DNA from: an uncultured Chloroflexia bacterium
GTDB lineage: Bacteria > Chloroflexota > Limnocylindria > Limnocylindrales > CSP1-4
DNA length: 64,000 nucleotides
NCBI GenBank assembly: GCA_963768655.1
Contig: CAVYIM010000007.1
Coordinates: 160,001-224,000 of the forward strand
Reading direction: 5' to 3'
Below, one piece after another: positions 52,049-62,598 of the stretch (position 1 is the stretch's first letter; each line of letters begins with the position of its first letter). The notes below the pieces were generated by a model. It was given only the letters and a program-made list of their open reading frames with translations, searched no databases and was not told the DNA's origin. The position numbers and the translations under genes were made by a program.

Positions 52049-52155
52049 TCTCCAAGCCCCCGGTCTCGGCAAGCCGCGTCCATTTCCCTACTGACGCCTT
52101 GCCTGCCCATGAGACGGCGGCCCCACAGCAGCTGTGATCCGGCTTTCCGTTCGGC

Positions 52156-52747
52156 CTACCCCTTGAGCAGGGTGCGCAACGCGGCCTTGACGCGATCCTC
52201 CAGGCCGGGCCCGACGGAGGTATCGGAGAGCGCGTCACGGGACGCCTGGCGGGCCTCGCCGGCGGAGTAGCCCAGGGCCAGTAGCGCGGCCACCACCTCC
52301 GGCTCGCCGGCTGGAGAACCTGCGGTGGCGCCCGCGGCAACGCCCGCGGCCGCGACCTTCTCCCTGAGCTCCAGCACGAATTCGAGCCGCCAGCTTCTTG
52401 CCGACTCCGGAGACTGCCGTCAGCAGTGCCAGATCCTCCGAGAGAATCGCCAGCTGTAGATCGCCAACGGCACGCGTCCCGACGATCGCGAGAGCGACCT
52501 TCGGGCCGACACCCGTAACGGTCTGGAGGAGTCCGAAGAAGCCGAGTTCCTCGGGCGTACGGAAGCCGTACAGCGCCTGGGCATCCTCACGCACCAGGTG
52601 GTGGGTGAACAGCTTGGTCCGCTCCCCTACTCTCACCGCGGCCAGCACGGCGGGCGCGCAGTACACGCGATAGCCGATCCCCCCCACCTCGACGATCATG
52701 GAATCTGCGAAGACGGCGCCGACCATGCCGTCCAGCGAGGCGATCAC
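52156..52747 (-). CDS. ruvA: Holliday junction protein RuvA, split by one extra base at ~52379 (probable sequencing error)
   Basis: IVEVGGIGY, VREDAQALYGF, GVGPK; removing one base restores KKLAARIVLELREK. Confidence 0.93.
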
Positions 52748-52766
52748 GGAGGCTCTGCTTCCGAGC

Positions 52767-53405
52767 CTAGACGGCGGTCTTGGGCTCGGGCACGCGCGAA
52801 GAGCGCCCGTCTGGATCGAGGCCCAGCCGTTCGCGGCGGAGGGCTTCACGGACCGCTTTCTCGTACGGTGTGACGCCGCTCGGCGCGGGGTTCAGGGCGG
52901 AACGATCCAGCGCCCCGGTCGGGATGCGACTGACGGAGCGCTCGCGGTTGGCGACGCAGATCGCGATCGCAAGGGCGTCTGCGGCGTCGTCCGGGGCCGG
53001 CATCTCGGCCAGGCCGAGGATGGCCTGGACCATCCGCCCGACCTGCTCCTTGGCGGCGCCGCCGTGGCCGGCCGTGGCCACCTTGACCTCGTTGGGCGTG
53101 GCCTCTCGCACTTCCAGATCGTGCTGAGCGGCCGCGAGCAGCGCGACCCCTCGAGCCTGCCCGACGGCGAAGGCCGTCTGGACGTTCTTGGTGAAGAAGA
53201 ACCGCTCCACGCCGACCATGGATGGCGCATGCAACTCGATCAGGTCGGTCAGGGCGAGGTAGATCGACTCGAGGCGCTCGGGCAGGGTGAGGGTCGACGG
53301 AGTCGAGATGACGCCGAAGTCGATGGCCCGGAGCCGGGGCCCGGTTCTCTCGATGACCCCGTATCCGAGCATCGCCGTCCCGGGATCGATGCCGAGGATG
53401 ATCAC
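52767..53405 (-). CDS. ruvC: Holliday junction resolvase RuvC
   Basis: ILGIDPG, VGQARG, DDAADALAIA. Confidence 0.97.
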   Translation of the reverse strand: MIILGIDPGTAMLGYGVIERTGPRLRAIDFGVISTPSTLTLPERLESIYLALTDLIELHAPSMVGVERFFFTKNVQTAFAVGQARGVALLAAAQHDLEVREATPNEVKVATAGHGGAAKEQVGRMVQAILGLAEMPAPDDAADALAIAICVANRERSVSRIPTGALDRSALNPAPSGVTPYEKAVREALRRERLGLDPDGRSSRVPEPKTAV

Positions 53406-54148
53406 CCGCCGACCTCGGCCAGTAGCGCCTCCGGAATCTCGAAGTTGGCGGTCACGCGCTGGACGTCGTCGTGATCCTCGAGCAGCTCGACCAGCCGGAG
53501 TGACTGGCGCGCTCTCGCCTCGTCGAGTTCGACCGTGTTCTTGGGCGTCATCGATAGCTCGGCCGACTCGATCTTGACGCCGGCAGCCTCGAGCTCTCGG
53601 CGGACCGCCTCGAGCTCATGAGGCCTGGTGTAGACCTCGACCTGCTCGCCCGAAGAGTCGACGTCGTCCGCACCGGCATCGATGGCCAGGAGTTCCAGCT
53701 CCTCTGCGTTGCCGCCCGCGGCCAGCGTGATGACGCCGCGCTGCTCGAATTGCCAGGCGACGCTGCCCGGCGCGGCCAGCTGGCCTCCGGCTTTGGTCAG
53801 GATCGATCGGACTTCGGCCGCGGTTCGATTGCGATTGTCGGTGGCCGTCTCGACAAGGATCGCCACGCCGCCCGGGCCGTAGCCCTCATACGTGATCTCT
53901 TCGAACTGCTCGCCTTCGCCACCGCCGGTCGCCTTCTCGATGGCGCGCTTGATGGTGTCGAGCGGCATGTTGAGCGCCCGCGCGCGCTCGACGGCCAGGC
54001 GGAGGCGGAAGTTGCCGTCCGGGTCACCCCCGCCGGCTCGCGCGGCGACGCTGATCTCGCGGCCCATCTTCGTGAAGACGGCGCCGCGCTTGACGTCGTT
54101 CGCGCCCTTCTGGCGCTTGATCTGCGACCACTTGGAGTGTCCTGACAT
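53402..54148 (-). CDS. yebC: YebC/PmpR family protein
   Basis: MSGHSKWSQIK, YEGYGPGG, TDNRNRT. Confidence 0.97.
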   Translation of the reverse strand: MSGHSKWSQIKRQKGANDVKRGAVFTKMGREISVAARAGGGDPDGNFRLRLAVERARALNMPLDTIKRAIEKATGGGEGEQFEEITYEGYGPGGVAILVETATDNRNRTAAEVRSILTKAGGQLAAPGSVAWQFEQRGVITLAAGGNAEELELLAIDAGADDVDSSGEQVEVYTRPHELEAVRRELEAAGVKIESAELSMTPKNTVELDEARARQSLRLVELLEDHDDVQRVTANFEIPEALLAEVGG

Positions 54149-54343
54149 CGGGCGGAGTATAGCGCCCGGCCGGGCCTCCCAGCCGCTCAGGCTGAAGAAA
54201 CCGCCGGCGTCTCGGGCTCCCAAGGCATCACGCCCTCCTCGTCCGGGAACACGCGCCGGGCTATCATGGCCTGACCGCGGCCGGCCCTTCGTCGAGCCGC
54301 TCGTTTGATGCGATCTGAAGCCACCAGAGGATCGATTGAGCAG

Positions 54344-56431
54344 ATGACAACCAAGAGTGTCGACCTCCCCCACCTCCGCAGCGTCGTCATTGCGGCCCAT
54401 GCCGGGGCCGGCAAGACGACGCTAGCCGAGCGCCTCCTTTTCGACGCGACCGCAATCACGCGACTCGGCCGCGTCGACGACGGCACTGCCAGCCTGGATT
54501 ACGAGCCCGAGGAGCAGAAGCGCAAGCAGTCGCTGACTCTCGCGGTCGCCAGCCTGGAGCACGAGGGAACGAGGGTTCAGCTCGTCGACACTCCCGGTTA
54601 CGCCGACTTTGCGGCCGAGGTCGTCGAGGGCTTCGCTGCCACGGACGCGGCCGTCCTGCTGATGGATGCGTCGGGGCATGTGGAAGCCGGTCTCGAGTCG
54701 GCGGTGGCGCTGGCTCGCGCGAACGGCCGGCCGGCGCTCTTCTTCATCAACAAGTGCGACCGCGAGAACGCCAACCCGGGCAGCGCGCTGGACGGGCTCA
54801 GGACCGCGTTTGGTCAGAAGATCGCGCCGCTGCACGTCGCCATCGGCACGGCGGAGTCGTTCAGCGGCTACGTGGACCTGGTCCATCGCAAGGCCTACCA
54901 GGAAGCCGGCGGGAAGGAAACCGAGGTCGCCGTCCCGGCCAGCCTCGCCGCCGAAGTCGCTTCCCGCCGCGATCAGCTGATCGAAGCCGCGTCCGAGGCG
55001 GACGACGACGTCATGACCAAGTACCTCGAGGGCGAGGAGATCACCGACGCGGAGCTGGAGAGCTGCCTCAAGAAGGCCGTCCGGTCCGGCATGGTGGCGC
55101 CGGTCCTGGTCGGCAGCGCGAGCAAGGACGTCGGCGTGCGGGCCCTGCTCGAGGCCATCGTCCACTATCTCCCCTCCCCCGCCGACCTTGGCGAGATCGT
55201 CGCCACGGACGCGAAGGGCAAAGAGGTCAAGATCGTTCCGGACGTGACCGGCCCGCTCGTGGCTCGCGTGTTCAAGACGACAGCCGATCCGTTCGTCGGG
55301 CGGCTGACTTACCTGCGCGTGCTTTCCGGGACGCTGCACGGCCAGGGCCAGTCATGGAACTCCACCCGGAGCGAGCCCGAGCGAATCGGTCAACTGTTGC
55401 TTCTTCACGGCAAGGACCAGGAAACGGTAGGCCAGCTCCAGGCCGGTGAGGTTGGCGCGGTGGCGAAGCTCACGGTGACCGCGACGGGCGACACCTTGTG
55501 CGCAACGCGCGAAGGGGCCGTCACGCTCCCGCCTCTCTCGTTCCCGGTGCCGACCCTCCAGGTCGCCATCGAGCCGCAGACCAAGGCGGACCTGGACAAG
55601 ATGGGCTCGGCCCTGCAGCGCATGCTCGAAGAGGAGCCCTCCGCGCGCGTCGAGCGCTCCGACACCGGCGAGCAGATCCTGCTGACCATGGGGGACGCCC
55701 ACGTCGCCGTGCTCGGCGAGCGCCTCAAGCGCAAGTTCGGCGCCGCGATCGTGACCAAGACCCCCAGAGTGGCCTACAGGGAAACGATCCGAGGCAAGAC
55801 GCAGAGCCACGGGCGCTACAAGAAGCAGACCGGCGGCCACGGCATGTTCGGCGACGTCTGGATCGAGATCGAGCCGAACCCGGGCGGCGGCGTCGAGTTC
55901 GCCGAGAAGGTCGTCGGCGGCACCGTGCCCAAGAACTTCTTCCCCGGCGTCGAGAAGGGCGTCCGCGAGACGGCGGCCGAAGGTGTGCTGGCCGGCTACC
56001 CGCTCAGCGACTTCAAGGCGACCCTGTACGACGGCTCCTTCCATGCGGTCGACTCGAACGAGCTGTCCTTCAAGATCGCGGCCTCGATGGCTCTCAAGTC
56101 GGGCGTGCTCGAGTGCAAGCCGGCGCTGATGGAGCCCATAATGACGGTCGAGATCCGGATCCCGGAGGCCTTCATGGGCGACGTGAACCGCGATCTCAAC
56201 GGCCGCCGCGGCCGGGTTCTCGGTATGGACACCAAGGACGGTCAGCAGGTCATCACCGCCACCGTGCCCCAGGCCGAGCTCTTCACCTATGCCACCGAGC
56301 TGCGCTCTCTCACGGGCGGCCGGGGCACCTTCAAGGCCACGCTGGACCGCTACGAGGACGTGCCCGCCCACATCGCTGAGAAGGTCATCGAGGCTCATCG
56401 CAAGGAAGTGGAGGCCGCGCACAAGGAGTAG
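54344..56431 (+). CDS. Elongation factor G-like protein (EF-G2)
   Basis: AHAGAGKTT, DTPG, NKCD, KKQTGGHG, HAVDS; RGITI replaced by RKQSL; outside the str operon. Confidence 0.9.
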   Translation: MTTKSVDLPHLRSVVIAAHAGAGKTTLAERLLFDATAITRLGRVDDGTASLDYEPEEQKRKQSLTLAVASLEHEGTRVQLVDTPGYADFAAEVVEGFAATDAAVLLMDASGHVEAGLESAVALARANGRPALFFINKCDRENANPGSALDGLRTAFGQKIAPLHVAIGTAESFSGYVDLVHRKAYQEAGGKETEVAVPASLAAEVASRRDQLIEAASEADDDVMTKYLEGEEITDAELESCLKKAVRSGMVAPVLVGSASKDVGVRALLEAIVHYLPSPADLGEIVATDAKGKEVKIVPDVTGPLVARVFKTTADPFVGRLTYLRVLSGTLHGQGQSWNSTRSEPERIGQLLLLHGKDQETVGQLQAGEVGAVAKLTVTATGDTLCATREGAVTLPPLSFPVPTLQVAIEPQTKADLDKMGSALQRMLEEEPSARVERSDTGEQILLTMGDAHVAVLGERLKRKFGAAIVTKTPRVAYRETIRGKTQSHGRYKKQTGGHGMFGDVWIEIEPNPGGGVEFAEKVVGGTVPKNFFPGVEKGVRETAAEGVLAGYPLSDFKATLYDGSFHAVDSNELSFKIAASMALKSGVLECKPALMEPIMTVEIRIPEAFMGDVNRDLNGRRGRVLGMDTKDGQQVITATVPQAELFTYATELRSLTGGRGTFKATLDRYEDVPAHIAEKVIEAHRKEVEAAHKE

Positions 56432-56787
56432 CGGCGCCGGAAGGGCGGCGGCGTCGGGTCAGGGCCTCTGCGACCCGAAACGCGCAAGCGCGTCCGTCGC
56501 GAGCGGCTGGGCCGGCGGTCAGCGCCTCGGCGGCGACGGGTGGCTGTCTTGCCCGGGCGGAGACACGAATAGCGGGCCCCGTACCGGCCGGCAAGGGGCC
56601 CGCGTGCCTGTCTGTGGTTGTGCGGACCGGCACACGGCCGTTCCTCGCGCCGGGTCCGCAGAGAACCGCAGGGTGACGTCCCAAGATGCCGGGGCCGAAG
56701 CCCGTGAAGACCGACCCCAGAGCCGACGCCTCCAGCTCAGTCGTCGGCGAGCCCGACCTACGGCTTGAGCCTATCGTTGCCTGCGCG

Positions 56788-57561
56788 CTACGCCGTCAGT
56801 CGGATCGCCTCGGCCAGGTCGAGGCGGTCCGAGTAGATCGCTCGGCCGACGATCGCACCAACGCAGCCGAGGGCGCGGACGGCCGCAATGTCGGCCAGCG
56901 ACGAAACCCCGGCCGAGGCGACAATTCCGCCCCGGCCAGGCTCGACCATGCGGCGCAGGAGATCGAAGTCCGGGCCCATCAGCAGGCCGTCGCGCTCGAT
57001 CGCGGTGACGATGAAGGTTCGCGCGCCGCGATCCGCCAGCGACGCCAGCGCCTCCTCGGCCGGCATGCCCGAGGCGCCCGGGACCCAGCCCTGGCCCACG
57101 GCCATGCCGTCGCGGACGTCGAGAGCGATCGCGATGCGCTCGACACCGAAACGGGCGACGAGCCGACCGGCGAACGCGGCATCCCGCAACGCCGCGGTGC
57201 CGACAACGACCCGCGCCGCCCCCGCGTCAAGAGCAGCCGCCACCGCTTCCTCGTCTCGCAGCCCGCCGGCCACCTCGCAGGCCGCGCGTCCCCCCACAGC
57301 ACCGACTATGCGGCCGACCAGCTCAGTCTGGCGCCCCGCACCGTCCCGGGCGCCGTCGAGGTCGACGATGTGGATCCACCGCGCCCCGGCGGCCACGAAG
57401 CCACAGGCGACCTCGACGGGCTCTGCAGCGAAGCGAGTCTCCCGAGCGAAGTCGCCTTCCGCCAGCCGGACCACCTGGCCGCCCCGGAGGTCGATGGCAG
57501 GCATGACCTCGAACTTTCGGGGTCTCCTGGACGCCTCCTCGGCTTGCGTCTCTTCTAGCAT
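56788..57561 (-). CDS. hisA: ProFAR isomerase
   Basis: PAIDLRGGQVVRL, HIVDLDGA, GGLR, ASAGV; start uncertain. Confidence 0.93.
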   Translation of the reverse strand: MLEETQAEEASRRPRKFEVMPAIDLRGGQVVRLAEGDFARETRFAAEPVEVACGFVAAGARWIHIVDLDGARDGAGRQTELVGRIVGAVGGRAACEVAGGLRDEEAVAAALDAGAARVVVGTAALRDAAFAGRLVARFGVERIAIALDVRDGMAVGQGWVPGASGMPAEEALASLADRGARTFIVTAIERDGLLMGPDFDLLRRMVEPGRGGIVASAGVSSLADIAAVRALGCVGAIVGRAIYSDRLDLAEAIRLTA

Positions 57562-57576
57562 GCTACTATGCTACTA
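57544..57576 (+). promoter_or_regulatory. his operon promoter overlapped by putative TrpR-family operator
   Basis: TTGCGT-17-TATGCT; palindrome TAGCATGCTA 57556-57565; TGCTACTA x2 at 57561-57576. Confidence 0.6.
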
Positions 57577-57620
57577 CACGACAACGGGCCGTGAGAGGCC
57601 GTCAAGAAGGGGAACCGATC

Positions 57621-57950
57621 ATGAGCTCGATGGAAGGCTGGCGCGACGAGGCCACGGGCGAACTGTTCGAAGCCGTGCTGCGTCTCGCCACGGTGGACGA
57701 AGCCTCGGCGTTCTTCCGCGACCTGTGCACTCTCGGCGAGCTGCACGACATGGCGCAGCGCTGGGCGGTCGTTCGGCTCCTCGACCAGGGCATGCACTAC
57801 GCCGAGATCTCGCACCGGACCGGTGCGAGCACGGCCACCGTCACCCGCATCGCCCAGTGGCTTCACCACGGCGAGGGTGGCTACCTGCGCGCCCTGGAGC
57901 GCCTCCGCGAAGGCGGCGCGCCAGCCAATCCGGGAGAGAAGACACGATGA
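57621..57950 (+). CDS. TrpR-like YerC/YecD regulator (probable histidine repressor)
   Basis: FFRDLCTLGEL..MAQRW.V..LL, TGASTATVTRIA, GEGGY. Confidence 0.9.
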   Translation: MSSMEGWRDEATGELFEAVLRLATVDEASAFFRDLCTLGELHDMAQRWAVVRLLDQGMHYAEISHRTGASTATVTRIAQWLHHGEGGYLRALERLREGGAPANPGEKTR

Positions 57951-58807
57951 CGCGCCGGCTGCGCCTGGCAATCCCGAACAAGGGCCGGCTGGTCGAGCCG
58001 ACCGTCCGCCTGCTGCGCGATGCCGGGCTCGTCTTCGAGGCCGGCGAGCGAGCGCTCGTGGCGCGCGTCCAGAACTTCGATCTCGACATCCTCTTCGTGC
58101 GGACCAACGACGTCGTCGAATTCGTGAGCGACGGCGTCGCCGAGCTGGGCGTGACCGGGCTCGACCTGCTGGCGGAGGCGGGCTCGGATGCTCCGCAGCT
58201 GCGCAGCCTCGGGTTCGGGAAGTGCCGCCTCACCATCGCCGTCCCGAACGACTCGCCGTACCGCGTGCCGGAGGATCTGGCGGGCCTCCGCGTCGCCACG
58301 TCGCACATGAACCTCACGAAGGGCTTCTTCTCGGGTCGTTCCATTCCCGTCGACGTCATTCCAGTTTCGGGCGCGGCTGAAGTCGCGCCGCGGCTTGGCC
58401 TCGCGGAGGCGATCGTCGATCTGGTGTCGACCGGCTCGACCATGGTTGTGAACGGCCTGCGGCCGATCGAGGAGGTCTTCGCCTCGGAGGCGGTGCTGGT
58501 GGCCAACCCGACGGCGCTGCGCGACCGCTTCGACGCCCTCGACACGATCCAGACGATGCTCAGCGCCACGCTGGCCGCGCGCGATCGCAAGTACCTGATG
58601 ATGAACGCCCCCGAAACCAGGTTGATCGAGCTGGAGGATCTCCTGCCCGGATTGGAGTCGCCGTCCATCATCCCGCTGGCACACAAGGGCATGGTCGCCA
58701 TTCACTCGGTCGTCGAGGCCGACGCCGTCTGGTCGCTGTTGCCCCGCCTCAAGGCCGCCGGCGCGTCCGGCATCCTGATCCTGCCCATCGAGAAGCTCGT
58801 CCAATGA
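57947..58807 (+). CDS. hisG: ATP phosphoribosyltransferase (long form)
   Basis: LAIPNKGRL, IVDLVSTGST, C-terminal regulatory domain. Confidence 0.96.
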   Translation: MTRRLRLAIPNKGRLVEPTVRLLRDAGLVFEAGERALVARVQNFDLDILFVRTNDVVEFVSDGVAELGVTGLDLLAEAGSDAPQLRSLGFGKCRLTIAVPNDSPYRVPEDLAGLRVATSHMNLTKGFFSGRSIPVDVIPVSGAAEVAPRLGLAEAIVDLVSTGSTMVVNGLRPIEEVFASEAVLVANPTALRDRFDALDTIQTMLSATLAARDRKYLMMNAPETRLIELEDLLPGLESPSIIPLAHKGMVAIHSVVEADAVWSLLPRLKAAGASGILILPIEKLVQ

Positions 58808-60138
58808 GCGCAACGTCCGTAGCTATTCGCCGCCTCGATCTGGCCGCCGCCGACACGGATCCGACCGTGGCCGCCGAGATCCAGGCGCTGCTGCGCCGCG
58901 GCGCCGTACCGGATCAGCAGGTTCGTGAGGGCGCAAGGGCGATCCTCGCCTCGGTGAAGGCCGGCGGCGACGCCGCGGTGCGCGAGGCCAACGCCCGCTT
59001 CGGCGGCGGCCGCGCCGACGGCTCGCTGCTCGTCAGCCGGGCGGAGATGGAGGCCGCGCGCGATACCCTTCCGCCGCGCATCCGGGCCGGACTCGAGCAG
59101 ATGATCGAGAACATTCGCCGCTTCGCGGAGACTCAGCGACCCCAGACTCGTGTCACGACGATCGTCCCCGGTGTTGAGATCGAACGGCGTTGGGCGCCGC
59201 TGGCTCGTGTCGGTGTATATGCCCCGGGCGGTTCCGCGGCCTATCCGAGTTCCCTGTTGATGGGCGTGGTGCCGGCACGGGTCGCCGGCGTCGGCACCGT
59301 CGTGGTGGCCTCGCCCGCGGACGCAGAGGGCGGGCTCAACCGGACGCTCCTCGGCGCTGCCGCGCTTGTCGGAGTGGACGTCTTCATCGTCGCGGGCGGC
59401 GCTCAGGCCGTCGGCGCGATGGCGTACGGGCTGTCGGAACTTGGTGTGTCGCCGGTGGACCGCATCGTGGGGCCGGGCAACTCCTGGGTGACGGCCGCCA
59501 AGCTGGAAGTCTTCGGTGAGTGCGGGATCGACCTGCCGGCCGGTCCGTCCGAGGTCATGGTCGTCGCCGACGGCACCGCCGACCCGGTTGACGTCGCTGC
59601 GGACCTGCTCTCCCAGGCCGAGCACGGGCCGGACTCCCCTGCCCTGCTTGTCACCTGGGACGCAGTCTTCGCGAGCGCGGTCGAGGCGGAGCTGGGGCGC
59701 CAGCTCGAGACCGCTGCCCGGCGCCCGATCCTGGAGCGCTCGCTCGCGATGGGTGCGCTCGCCGTCCTGGCGCCGGACCGCGACGCTGCCCTCCGGTTCG
59801 TGAACGACTACGCGCCGGAGCATCTGTCCGTTGTCGTAGATGATGTGGAGGAGGCGGTCGTGCGCCTCCGAAACGCGGGCTCGCTGTTCGTCGGTCCCTA
59901 TGCGCCCGAGTCGGCCGGCGACTATGCCTCCGGAGCCAACCACGTCCTGCCTACCGGCGGGCTGGCGCGCTCGTGCGGCGCCCTCTCCACCGAGGACTAC
60001 GGCAAGTTCGTGCAGGTCCAGAGGATCAGCCGAGAGGGTCTGGCGGCAATCCGTGACTCGGTCGAATCGATCGCCGAGGCCGAGGGTCTGATCGCCCACA
60101 AGCGCGCGGTCGAAGTCAGATTCGAGGCCCGGCCATGA
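58804..60138 (+). CDS. hisD: Histidinol dehydrogenase
   Basis: GPGN, AGPSE, SQAEH, APEHL, GANHVLPT. Confidence 0.97.
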   Translation: MSATSVAIRRLDLAAADTDPTVAAEIQALLRRGAVPDQQVREGARAILASVKAGGDAAVREANARFGGGRADGSLLVSRAEMEAARDTLPPRIRAGLEQMIENIRRFAETQRPQTRVTTIVPGVEIERRWAPLARVGVYAPGGSAAYPSSLLMGVVPARVAGVGTVVVASPADAEGGLNRTLLGAAALVGVDVFIVAGGAQAVGAMAYGLSELGVSPVDRIVGPGNSWVTAAKLEVFGECGIDLPAGPSEVMVVADGTADPVDVAADLLSQAEHGPDSPALLVTWDAVFASAVEAELGRQLETAARRPILERSLAMGALAVLAPDRDAALRFVNDYAPEHLSVVVDDVEEAVVRLRNAGSLFVGPYAPESAGDYASGANHVLPTGGLARSCGALSTEDYGKFVQVQRISREGLAAIRDSVESIAEAEGLIAHKRAVEVRFEARP

Positions 60139-61286
60139 GCGCGTCGACCGAACGGCCGGCCGAACAGGCAGCCAGCCAGCCGCTCCCAACCTACGTCTGG
60201 GAGCCCACGACGGACTTCCTCGCGGCCAAGTACGGGCTGCCGCGCGAGTCGATCGTGCAATTCGACGTGAATACCTCGCCGGTTCCGCCCGACCTTCGCG
60301 ATGTCCTGGCCGGCCCATTCGACCCGCCGCTGTCGGAGTACCCGCCGAGTGACTATGCCGGACTCGTGGCCGCAGCCGCCGAGTCCTACGGCGTCGCTCC
60401 GGACGAGATCCTGCCCACGGCCGGCGCCGACGAGGCCCTGGACCTCACGGCTCGGGCGTTTCTGCGCGAGGGCTCGGTCGCGGTAGGCGCGGTGCCCACG
60501 TATGCGATGTACCAGATCGTGACCGAGCAACGCGGCGCGCGGTTCCGATCCGTCTCGCGGCTGCCCGCGGATGCCGGGTTCGAGCTGGACATGCCGGCGC
60601 TCGCCGAGGCAGCACGCGGCGCGGACCTGGTATGGCTGTGCGAGCCCAACAACCCCACCGGCACAGCGGAGCCGCCGGAGCGTATTGCCGAACTGCTCGA
60701 CCTGCTGGCGACGGACGCGACCCGAGAAGGACGGCCCGCCCCGGCGGTGGCCGTAGACGAGGCCTACGCCGAGTTCGTCGGCCGCTCGGTGCTGCCGCTC
60801 CGGGCCCGGTATCAAGGTCTGGTCGTCGTCCGGACGCTGAGCAAGGCGCACGCTCTGGCCGGGGCCCGCGTGGGCTTCGCTGTGGCGCGGCCCGAAACAC
60901 TGGCACCGATCCTGTCGTATCGCGCTCCGGCCTCGGTCGCGACGGTTTCGGCGGCCCTCGCGACTGCCGCCCTGCGCCGCCCCGACCTGGCCGTGGCGAA
61001 CGTCGCCCGGATCGCGGGGCAGCGTGCCCGCCTCATCGGGGAGCTGACCCGCCTCGGCTGGCGTCCGTATCCCTCGCAGGCCAGCTTCATCCTGGTCCGC
61101 TTCGGCTCTGTGGAGATCGCGGCGCAAGCCGCCGAGTCGCTGCTGCGCCGGGGCCTCGTCCCGCGGACCTTCGGCCCCGATCATCCGCTGGCCGACTGTC
61201 TCCGCCTGACCGTTCGGTCGGTCCAGGAGAACGACCGTCTGATCCGCGCCGCGAAGGAGATATCACCGAGGGAGATACCGGCATGA
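60135..61286 (+). CDS. hisC: Histidinol-phosphate aminotransferase
   Basis: PNNPTG, VDEAYAEF, RTLSKAHALAGARVG. Confidence 0.95.
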   Translation: MSASTERPAEQAASQPLPTYVWEPTTDFLAAKYGLPRESIVQFDVNTSPVPPDLRDVLAGPFDPPLSEYPPSDYAGLVAAAAESYGVAPDEILPTAGADEALDLTARAFLREGSVAVGAVPTYAMYQIVTEQRGARFRSVSRLPADAGFELDMPALAEAARGADLVWLCEPNNPTGTAEPPERIAELLDLLATDATREGRPAPAVAVDEAYAEFVGRSVLPLRARYQGLVVVRTLSKAHALAGARVGFAVARPETLAPILSYRAPASVATVSAALATAALRRPDLAVANVARIAGQRARLIGELTRLGWRPYPSQASFILVRFGSVEIAAQAAESLLRRGLVPRTFGPDHPLADCLRLTVRSVQENDRLIRAAKEISPREIPA

Positions 61287-61903
61287 GCAACCAGATCGGC
61301 ACCGTGGTCGAATCGGGCGATCGGTGGGCCACGGTGGCCCGCGCCACGCGCGAGACTCAGATCACCGTCACCCTGCGACTCGACGGAACCGGCGAGAGCA
61401 AGATCTCGACCGGCGTCGGTTTCTACGACCATCTGCTGCACTCGCTCGCCCACCATGCGCTCTTCGACCTCGACGTCGACGCCACCGGCGATCTGGCGAT
61501 AGACGAGCACCACACGGTCGAGGACGTGGCGCTGGTCCTGGGCGCCGCGCTCGCGCAAGCCCTGGGCGACCGCTCCGGCATCGTCCGCTTCGGCGATGCG
61601 GCCGTGCCCATGGACGAGGCGGTGGCCACGGCCGTGGTCGACGTCGGCGGACGCCCCTACGCCGTCGTCGACCTGCCGTTCAGGGGCAAGCGTGTCGGCA
61701 AGCTGCCGCTGCAGCTGATCGAGCACGTCCTTGCGTCGTTCGCCCGCGCGGGTGGGGTCACGCTCCACGTTACGGGCAGAGGTCGCAACGATCATCACCT
61801 GGCAGAGGCGGCGTTCAAGGCGCTGGGCCGATCGCTGCGCGCCGCGTGCGCCGTCGATCCACGCCGCGCCGGCGTCGCCTCAACGAAGGGGTCTCTGGGC
61901 TGA
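61283..61903 (+). CDS. hisB: Imidazoleglycerol-phosphate dehydratase
   Basis: DEHHTVED, PMDE, NDHHLAEA. Confidence 0.97.
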   Translation: MSNQIGTVVESGDRWATVARATRETQITVTLRLDGTGESKISTGVGFYDHLLHSLAHHALFDLDVDATGDLAIDEHHTVEDVALVLGAALAQALGDRSGIVRFGDAAVPMDEAVATAVVDVGGRPYAVVDLPFRGKRVGKLPLQLIEHVLASFARAGGVTLHVTGRGRNDHHLAEAAFKALGRSLRAACAVDPRRAGVASTKGSLG

Positions 61904-62598
61904 TGGCCACCGGCCAACCGACCGTGGCGGTCCTCGACTACGGTGCCGCGAACATGGTCAGCATCGGCCAGGCGCTCGTGACTGCGGGCGCTCGGGTGGT
62001 CGTGGCCGTCGACGCGGCCGGGCTTGACGGAGTCGACGCGATCGTTGTCCCGGGCGTTGGAGCGGCCGCCCCGGCCATGGCTCATCTGCGCGAGGCGGGG
62101 CTGCTGGAGCCGTTGCGCGATTGGGTTCGGGCGGGCCGTCCGTGCCTGGGTATCTGCCTGGGCTATCAGCTCTTCTTCGAGCGAAGTTCCGAAGGCGGCG
62201 CCGAGACGCTGGGTCTTCTGGCCGGACGGACGATTGGCCTCGAAGGTGCGCCAACGTTGCCCCATATCGGCTGGAACACCGTCGACCTGACCCGGCAGCA
62301 CCCTCTCTTCGACGGCATCGCGGATGGGTCGCACTTCTATTTCGTGCATTCGTTCGCGCCGGTGCCGGAGGACGAGAGCGTCGTCGTCGCCCGCACGACG
62401 CACGGTGGCACCTTCGTGAGCGCTGTCGCAGCAGGCTCGCTGTACGGGCTTCAGTTCCATCCTGAGAAGTCCGCCGAGACCGGCCAGCGGCTGCTCGCCA
62501 ACTTCCTGCGGCTGGTCTCCACGAGCGATGGCGAGGCGGGCGCGGGTCGCGCCACGACCGCGGCTTCCGCCGGCTCGGCCGCGTCGGGAGTGGCGTGA
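61903..62598 (+). CDS. hisH: IGP synthase glutaminase subunit
   Basis: PGVG, GICLG, FYFVHS, QFHPEKS. Confidence 0.96.
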   Translation: MATGQPTVAVLDYGAANMVSIGQALVTAGARVVVAVDAAGLDGVDAIVVPGVGAAAPAMAHLREAGLLEPLRDWVRAGRPCLGICLGYQLFFERSSEGGAETLGLLAGRTIGLEGAPTLPHIGWNTVDLTRQHPLFDGIADGSHFYFVHSFAPVPEDESVVVARTTHGGTFVSAVAAGSLYGLQFHPEKSAETGQRLLANFLRLVSTSDGEAGAGRATTAASAGSAASGVA

